The notes beneath the pieces were generated by a model. That model was given only the letters and a program-made list of their open reading frames with translations. It did no database searches and was not told where the DNA came from. 30,172 bases of DNA from a virus (taxonomy: Duplodnaviria; Caudoviricetes). Position numbers and translations under genes: made by a program. Below are positions 24,358-30,172 of the stretch, in pieces. Each line of letters starts with the position of its first letter. Position 1 is the first letter of the stretch. Location of the stretch: IMG/VR virus record IMGVR_UViG_3300005077_000082, positions 1 through 30,172 of that record; one strand, given 5' to 3'.

Positions 24358-24843
24358 ATGAAGCCTGGGCCTTCGCCGAAGCTGACGCCGGCCCTGCAGC
24401 AGCGCATCGTCGACATGATCGCTCGCGGCAACTGCAGGGACGTCGCGAGCGCCTCCTGCGGCATCTACACGTCGACTCTGCGCAAGTGGCTCTCGAAGGG
24501 CGCGCTGGCGCGGTCCGAGTGCCGCGAAGACGTCTACTCGCGATTCCTCGACGCGATGGACAAGGCTGAGGCCGACCTGCAGGCCTCGATGCTGCGCAAC
24601 ATCGCGGAGGCCTCGTTCAACGACTGGCGCGCGGCTGCGTGGCGCCTCGAGAAACTCCGACCGCAGCGCTACGGCGCGCAGATTAGGGTCCGCGTTGAGG
24701 CCGAGGTTGAGAGGCTCCTCGATGTCGCCGAGCGGATACTTGCGCCAACAGATTTCAGCCGCCTCCTCGAGGCCATTACTGCCGCGTCTGGCGGCGGCGC
24801 GGCTGGCGAAGATCAACCAACAGAGACAGACGGCGACGGGTGA
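24358..24843 (+). CDS. terS: Terminase small subunit
   Basis: GPSPKLTP...HTH (CGIYTSTLRKW)...DWRAAAWRLE...YG; lies upstream of TerL. Confidence 0.8.
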   Translation: MKPGPSPKLTPALQQRIVDMIARGNCRDVASASCGIYTSTLRKWLSKGALARSECREDVYSRFLDAMDKAEADLQASMLRNIAEASFNDWRAAAWRLEKLRPQRYGAQIRVRVEAEVERLLDVAERILAPTDFSRLLEAITAASGGGAAGEDQPTETDGDG

Positions 24844-26179
24844 GCCGTCGGGCCAAGCGTGCGAGCGCTCGCTGCTTGACTACGTAGTTCACCTGTCGCC
24901 GTCGCTACACCGGCCCGACCATCTCGCGCCTTACGCCGAGCGGCTCGAGCGCGGCGTGGGCGGCTGCGAGCGCATCGTCTTCGCGGCGCCACCGCAGCAC
25001 GGCAAGACCGAGCTGACGCTGCATGCGCTCGTGATGCTGCTTGCGCGTCACCCCGCGCGGCGGTTCGCTTACGTCACTTACAACGACCAGCGCACGCTGC
25101 GCGTCGCTCGAGCGTTTCGCCGACTCGCTGACCGAGCCGGGATCGCGTTCGAGAACTCGATGCTCGCTTGCCAGGTCACGCGGCAGGGCGGGCAGATGCT
25201 GTTCACGTCGATCGACGGTGGCATCACTGGCGAGCCCGTCGACGGCGTTGCGGTGATCGATGACCCGTTCAAGGGCCCGCAGGACTCTGGCTCGGCGGCG
25301 CGTCGCGAGATCGTCGACGAGTGCTGCCGCAAGGCGATCTTTCCCCGCGTGCATCCCGGCGCGTCGATCGTGCTCATGGCGACGCGATGGCACCCGGACG
25401 ACCAGAGCGGCCGCCTGATTAAAGAGGGATGGCCGTACATCCGACTGCCGGCTGTCGCCGAGGAGGACGACCCGATCGGTCGCGCCGTCGGCGAGCCGCT
25501 GTTCCCGAAGCTCTGGCCGCTGCATGCGCTCGAGGCCACGCACCGCGAGGTGTTGGACCACGCTTGGCAGTCGCTCTACCAGGGGCGACCTCGCCCGCGT
25601 GGCGGCAAGGTCTTTCACGAGCCGGCCTACTACCGCCGGTTGCCCGAGACGTACCGCGGCGCCTTCGGCGTCGACCTCGCCTACACCGCGCGGTCGTCGG
25701 CCGACTGGTCGGTGCTCGTCGAGCTCTGGATCGACGACACGACGGGCATGCACTACGTCGTTGACGTGCAGCGGGCGCAGGTCGAGGCGCCAGCGTTCGC
25801 CTTGCTGCTCAAGCGCAAGGCGGCCGAGCGCCCGACGTTCCGCATGCTCTGGCGCGCAAGCGGAGTCGAGCGCGGCGCCGCGTCGTTCCTCCGCGATGCG
25901 GGCCTTCCTCTGCTGGTCCAGACGCCACCGGGCGACAAGCTCGTCAGCGCCACCGCGGTCGCCGCGGCGTGGAACGATCAGCGCGTGCTACTGCCCGACC
26001 CGGAGGTGTTTCCGGAGTCCTCGCGGTGGCTGCTCCCGTTCCGCGACACGTTGCAGAACTTCTCGGGCATCGGTGACGAGGCCGACGACGACGTCGACGC
26101 CCTCGGCAACGCACATGCCCTCCTGTCGATCAAGCGACGCGACATCGACGTCCAGGGCGGCAGACTCTACGAGCGATAA
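24722..26179 (+). CDS. terL: Terminase large subunit
   Basis: Walker A PPQHGKT, Walker B VIDDPFK, MATRWHPDD, nuclease GVDLA and DDDVDA; start uncertain. Confidence 0.92.
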   Translation: MSPSGYLRQQISAASSRPLLPRLAAARLAKINQQRQTATGEPSGQACERSLLDYVVHLSPSLHRPDHLAPYAERLERGVGGCERIVFAAPPQHGKTELTLHALVMLLARHPARRFAYVTYNDQRTLRVARAFRRLADRAGIAFENSMLACQVTRQGGQMLFTSIDGGITGEPVDGVAVIDDPFKGPQDSGSAARREIVDECCRKAIFPRVHPGASIVLMATRWHPDDQSGRLIKEGWPYIRLPAVAEEDDPIGRAVGEPLFPKLWPLHALEATHREVLDHAWQSLYQGRPRPRGGKVFHEPAYYRRLPETYRGAFGVDLAYTARSSADWSVLVELWIDDTTGMHYVVDVQRAQVEAPAFALLLKRKAAERPTFRMLWRASGVERGAASFLRDAGLPLLVQTPPGDKLVSATAVAAAWNDQRVLLPDPEVFPESSRWLLPFRDTLQNFSGIGDEADDDVDALGNAHALLSIKRRDIDVQGGRLYER

Positions 26180-26188
26180 CCAACGCAT

Positions 26189-27955
26189 ATGGCCGCATCG
26201 AAACGATCGACCGCACGCACGCCCCGCGACGCCGGAGCGGTGCACGTCGAGCCCAGCGCGCGCACGCAGTCGACGATCGATCCGTCCTACATCACGAGCG
26301 CCGAGGTCATGGCCGACAGCGGCCACCTCTGGCTCGCCGCCGACATCGTCGAGCAGATGCTGTCCGACGACCGCATCACGCGGTGCACGGAGGCACTGAG
26401 CTCGATCACTGCGCTGCCGCTGCGGTTCTCGCCGCCTGATGGCGAGACCGAGCCGGAGGACTACGAGCCTTCGGTTGCGCTCGATCGCGACTGGTGGAGG
26501 TTCAACACCGAGGCCGAGCTCGGTCGCATCATCGCCTGGGGTCGCATCCTCGGCGTTGCCATCGGCCACATCGACGAGTGGCGCGTGGACGAGCAGAGCG
26601 GGCGATGGCTGCCGATCCTGCGCGCGTGGAGCCCGCGCCACTTGCGACTCGACGCGGTCGATCGGCACTGGTGGATCAAGCTCGCCGACTACTCCGAGGT
26701 TCGCGCCGACGACACCGAAAGCGACCGGTGGGTGCTGCACATGCCCAACGGCAAGAGCAGGCCCTGGTCCGTGGCGCCGTGGCGCTGGCTCGCCCGGCTC
26801 TGGCTGCTCAAGCGGTACGCCGCCGCCGATTGGGCGCGGTACAGCGAGCGTCAGGGGATGGGCATTGGCACCGTGACCGAGGCGCACCCGTCCGGTGGTG
26901 CCGGCGACATGGTCGAGGAGTTGACGGCCGCCGAGCGGCGCAAGCTCGCCGACGACATCCGGCAGCTCGGGCGCGGCGGCGTCGTCGTGCTCCCCCGCGG
27001 ATTCGACTTGCGCCTCGTCGAAAGCCAGGCGCGGTCATGGGAGACGTTCCGCGCCCAGACCGACATGGCCGACGCGGCCATCGCGATCGCGTTGTGCGGC
27101 AACAACCTGACGACCGAGATTCGCGGCGGATCCTACGCGGCCGCGACGGTGCACGCCGACGTTGAGGCGCGCGTGATTCGCCGCGTCGCCGAGTCCCTGT
27201 CGACGGACCTGCGCGAGCAACAGCTGCGCTGGTATTGCACCTACAACTTCGGTTCGGCGTCGATGGCGCCATGGCCGCAGTGGGAGACTCGGCCGCCGGC
27301 GGACCGGTCGGCGCGCGCCGAGACCTTGGTCAAGGTCTCCACAGCACTCACGCAGTTCCGCTCGGCTGGGTACGTCCTGCCGATCGAGCAGGTCAACGAG
27401 GAGTTCGGGCTGCAACTCGAGGAGGCACCGGTCCCCCAGCCGCCGGTTGCGCCTCCGCTCGACGATGACGGCGAGGACGCCGAGACCGACGAGGACGAGG
27501 ACGTCGACGGCGGCGCCCAGGAGCCCGAAGAGGACGCCGAGGCGCGCGCCATGGCCGCAGGCCCTTCTGCCGGTCCAAGGGCGCAGGACGGGGCAGTTCC
27601 GCCCGCCCGTGCCGCGGTGTCGACGGACCATCCCGGGCAGCGATTCGTCGACGAGGTCGTCGCGCGGGTCGTGCCGGCCGCCGCCGAGGGCCTCGAGCCG
27701 ACCGTCCGCGCCGTGATCGCTGCGGTGCGCGACGCCGAGAGCTACTCGGCCGCCTACGCCGAGATCTTGCGCCGGTACGAGGGCATGCGGACGCCGGCCG
27801 AGCTCGCCGAGATCACCGAGGCCGCGCTGCTTCTCTGCGACCTCGCCGGGCACCTCGAGGCATGGGACGAGGTCCTGCCTGGAGACCCCGGGCCCGCCGA
27901 CGACGAGACGCAGGAGGCCGACGGTGGCGAGCCGCAAGCGCCGGCCGCGCAGTGA
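26189..27955 (+). CDS. Portal protein (DUF935 / Mu gp29-like)
   Basis: Follows TerL; WLLKRYAAADWARYSERQG, IAIALCGNNLTTE..GGSYAAATVH. Confidence 0.88.
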   Translation: MAASKRSTARTPRDAGAVHVEPSARTQSTIDPSYITSAEVMADSGHLWLAADIVEQMLSDDRITRCTEALSSITALPLRFSPPDGETEPEDYEPSVALDRDWWRFNTEAELGRIIAWGRILGVAIGHIDEWRVDEQSGRWLPILRAWSPRHLRLDAVDRHWWIKLADYSEVRADDTESDRWVLHMPNGKSRPWSVAPWRWLARLWLLKRYAAADWARYSERQGMGIGTVTEAHPSGGAGDMVEELTAAERRKLADDIRQLGRGGVVVLPRGFDLRLVESQARSWETFRAQTDMADAAIAIALCGNNLTTEIRGGSYAAATVHADVEARVIRRVAESLSTDLREQQLRWYCTYNFGSASMAPWPQWETRPPADRSARAETLVKVSTALTQFRSAGYVLPIEQVNEEFGLQLEEAPVPQPPVAPPLDDDGEDAETDEDEDVDGGAQEPEEDAEARAMAAGPSAGPRAQDGAVPPARAAVSTDHPGQRFVDEVVARVVPAAAEGLEPTVRAVIAAVRDAESYSAAYAEILRRYEGMRTPAELAEITEAALLLCDLAGHLEAWDEVLPGDPGPADDETQEADGGEPQAPAAQ

Positions 27956-29498
27956 CCCTGGGCAGTGGCCCGAGGGCAATCCCTACGAGTTCGACGAGGC
28001 CCTCGAGCACTTCTTCCGCCGCAAGATCGCGACGCGCGCCCAGGTCGACGCAATGCGCGCCGAGGCCCGCGAAACCGCATGGTGGATCTCTGGCATCGCG
28101 CAGCTCGGCGTCATCGCCGACGCGCACCGATCGATCTACGACGCGATTCTCAACGGGACGCCTTACGAGGACTGGCGCAAGGGCTTCGACGCGCGACTGA
28201 CCGAGGCATGGGGCCAGGCGAGGCCCGCGCAGGCCGAAACGGTCTTCGTCAATGCCTGCCAGCAGTCCTACCACGCCGGCCGTCGCGAGCAGATGCAGGC
28301 CGAGCCGATCCGCACGCTGCGGCCTTACTGGGCATTCGACGCCGTCGAGGACTCGCGCACGACGGAAATCTGCCGAGCGTGCGACAACACGGTCCTCCCC
28401 GCGGATGATCCATGGTGGCAGACGCACCACCCGCAGCTACATCACCGGTGCCGATCGCGCATCGTCCCCATGCGTCGCTCGCAGGCCGAGCGAAAGGGCG
28501 TGACGACGGAACCTCCCGCACCCGAGGTGCCGGAGGGCTGGGGACATGAGCCGAGGCTCGCCGACAAGCCGCTACCGCGGGCGACCAAGGCGACGCGCGC
28601 AAAGGACGAGTTCCTACGAAAGCAGGAGGCCGAGAAGGAACGACGACGACAGCGCGAACTCAACAAGCTTGCCGAACGCCAACGGCTGAGCGCCCAGATT
28701 CCGCAGGGGCGCGACGCGCGCATCGAGTGGGAGCGCACCATCGGAAAGCACGGCGATCCGCCGATCGCTCTGCACCGCCGGCACGAGCTCACGGCGGACC
28801 TTCTGTCGGATGACCCCTACAAGCAAGCCGACGCGCGGTCGGTCATCCGGGCGCAGATCAAGCAGGCGATCCCGCATGTTGGAGACTCCTTCGACTGGGA
28901 GCGGTCGCCGATGGGCGCCGCGCCTTGGTACAACGCCGTCGAGGGCGACTTGCTCGACAGCGGCTTCCTGGCTTGCCACGACTGGAAGGGCATCGTCTCG
29001 ATTTCGAGAGGCCAGTTGCACGGGGCCGGGCAGGACCTGGCGCGAATTGCGGCGAAGGAACGACCCAAGGACTTCCTGGGAACCGTGCTGCATGAGGAGA
29101 TGCACGGGTTCTCGCGGCTGTACCAGATTCACTACCACGACACAGCTGTACGCATGCTCGAAGAGGCGTCGACCGAGCTCTGCGCAGCGCGCGTGCTTGC
29201 GTACATGGAGCAGCCGGGAGTGGCGATCACGATCGACCTTCGTGAGCGCGTGGCCAGTTATAGCCGCTACATCGAGCCTCTCGTGCGTGAGATCTCCGAA
29301 GAGCTTGGGATCTCGAAACGGCACGCCGCTATGATGATCACGAACGCCCATTCGCGTGGGATGTGCAACGGCGGCTATTCCAAGTCTCCGGCCGACTACC
29401 GAGAGCGCTGGGTCGCGCACTTCTCGAACGACCCGAAAGTCCGCGACCGACTTCAGCGTCGCATCGACAAGCTCGCCCAGGGCGAGGCCAGCAGTTGA
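27924..29498 (+). CDS. MuF-family minor head protein with C-terminal HExxH metallopeptidase-like domain
   Basis: MuF motifs ETVFVN..Q.SY.AGR, YWAFDAVEDSRTTEIC, WW.TH.PQLHHRCRS; C-terminal VLHEEMHG...LEEASTE. Confidence 0.85.
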   Translation: MASRKRRPRSDPGQWPEGNPYEFDEALEHFFRRKIATRAQVDAMRAEARETAWWISGIAQLGVIADAHRSIYDAILNGTPYEDWRKGFDARLTEAWGQARPAQAETVFVNACQQSYHAGRREQMQAEPIRTLRPYWAFDAVEDSRTTEICRACDNTVLPADDPWWQTHHPQLHHRCRSRIVPMRRSQAERKGVTTEPPAPEVPEGWGHEPRLADKPLPRATKATRAKDEFLRKQEAEKERRRQRELNKLAERQRLSAQIPQGRDARIEWERTIGKHGDPPIALHRRHELTADLLSDDPYKQADARSVIRAQIKQAIPHVGDSFDWERSPMGAAPWYNAVEGDLLDSGFLACHDWKGIVSISRGQLHGAGQDLARIAAKERPKDFLGTVLHEEMHGFSRLYQIHYHDTAVRMLEEASTELCAARVLAYMEQPGVAITIDLRERVASYSRYIEPLVREISEELGISKRHAAMMITNAHSRGMCNGGYSKSPADYRERWVAHFSNDPKVRDRLQRRIDKLAQGEASS

Positions 29499-29500
29499 CC

Positions 29501-29698
29501 GTGGCGAACAAGTACCTCCCGCTTGGTGAACCGAACGGCGACATGGATCACGACGTCGCGCTCTGGCTCAGGTACCAGGCGACGCAGCCACTTGGGCGTG
29601 AGGGCGCCGAGGAGTTCGTCATGCTGTTGCCCGACCCGGATGGGTTCATCGCCGAGCTGCTCATCCGCAAGACCTCTGCCAACCAGGGATCCCTATGA
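29501..29698 (+). CDS. Small hypothetical protein, candidate immunity protein
   Basis: GTG 2 nt after the MuF stop; 65 aa; ATGA overlap with the next gene. Confidence 0.5.
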   Translation: MANKYLPLGEPNGDMDHDVALWLRYQATQPLGREGAEEFVMLLPDPDGFIAELLIRKTSANQGSL

Positions 29699-30000
29699 CC
29701 GACTACGCACCTCGCGATTGCCCGGGCCACTCCACGCAGCCCGCCGTCGACGTGTATGAATACACGCTCGGCGCGGGAACGGTAGACCTCTCCGCGCTCG
29801 GCGGGCCGCCCGTGCGCAGCATCGTCATCGTGGACGCCGGCAGCGGACAGCTGCTCGTGAAGACCCGCAACTCGCGCGACACGTATCGCACGCTGACCGG
29901 CCTGGCGTCTGGCGACACGCTCGGCGAGCCGCTCGAGATCACCGTCATCGGCGGCACGACCGCCGGCAGCAACGTCACGAAGATCAGGGTGTTCAAGTGA
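29695..30000 (+). CDS. Small beta-rich virion protein
   Basis: 101 aa in the head operon; coupled at both ends. Confidence 0.6.
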   Translation: MTDYAPRDCPGHSTQPAVDVYEYTLGAGTVDLSALGGPPVRSIVIVDAGSGQLLVKTRNSRDTYRTLTGLASGDTLGEPLEITVIGGTTAGSNVTKIRVFK

Positions 30001-30172
30001 CCTGGACCTTCCTGCTTACGCGGCCGACCGCCAGCGCGGACGACATCGACGGCGAAAGCGCGCCGGTCGTCGTCATCGACGTGCTCGACGTCATCGGCGA
30101 GGCCGGGTTCCTCGGCGACGGCGTGACGCCAAGGGCCATCGCCGACGCGCTGCGCGACTCGCACGGTGCCGA
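29997..30172 (+). CDS. ClpP-like prohead protease, N-terminal part (3' truncated)
   Basis: GTGA overlap; translates ...VVVIDVLDVIGEAGFLGDGVTPRAIADALRD, matching phage ClpP I.I.D.IG....GVT....L. Not listed in the ORF track. Confidence 0.7.
   Translation, partial: MTWTFLLTRPTASADDIDGESAPVVVIDVLDVIGEAGFLGDGVTPRAIADALRDSHGA

Noticed and set aside
23993-24361. 122-aa ORF coupled to both neighbours
   Set aside because: Low-complexity Ser/Ala/Arg sequence; the overlapping frame 24031-24312 with two CxxC motifs is preferred. The GTGA/ATGA coupling means it is not fully excluded.

Overview
This is about 30 kb of a very GC-rich (roughly 70% by eye) tailed dsDNA phage genome with lambdoid-style organisation and no host genes. 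From left to right: (1) the end of the late operon on + (HslV/Ntn-like peptidase fragment, DUF4406-like protein, papain-like peptidase, GH73-like endolysin with a peptidoglycan-binding domain, putative holin, four virion/tail-type genes; 1-5586). (2) A long leftward early region (5570-16865) with small accessory genes under their own sigma70-type promoter, an SbcC/Rad50-like ATPase, a tyrosine integrase, two DNA methyltransferases, MazG, and a YqaJ exonuclease with a putative annealase. (3) A near-symmetric divergent promoter pair at about 16865-16941. (4) A rightward operon: Cro-like HTH, Zn-finger ORFs, DUF5664-like protein, RuvC, replication initiator with an internal iteron origin, DnaB, and a Q-like Zn-finger protein. 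(5) The start of the head operon: TerS, TerL, DUF935 portal, MuF with an HExxH C-terminal extension, and a ClpP-like protease. The late operon runs off the right end and late-type genes also occupy the left end, so the window looks like part of a circular or permuted genome. A myxobacterial host is a guess only. Most notable: the integrase-bearing phage has no CI repressor at its switch. Instead there are mirror-image, apparently leaderless promoters, a frameshifted CxC gene, a structured intergenic RNA, and an 11-bp motif shared with a lox-like inverted repeat 8.5 kb away. There is also a candidate MuF-metallopeptidase toxin/immunity pair. All family calls are from motif recognition, not database searches.
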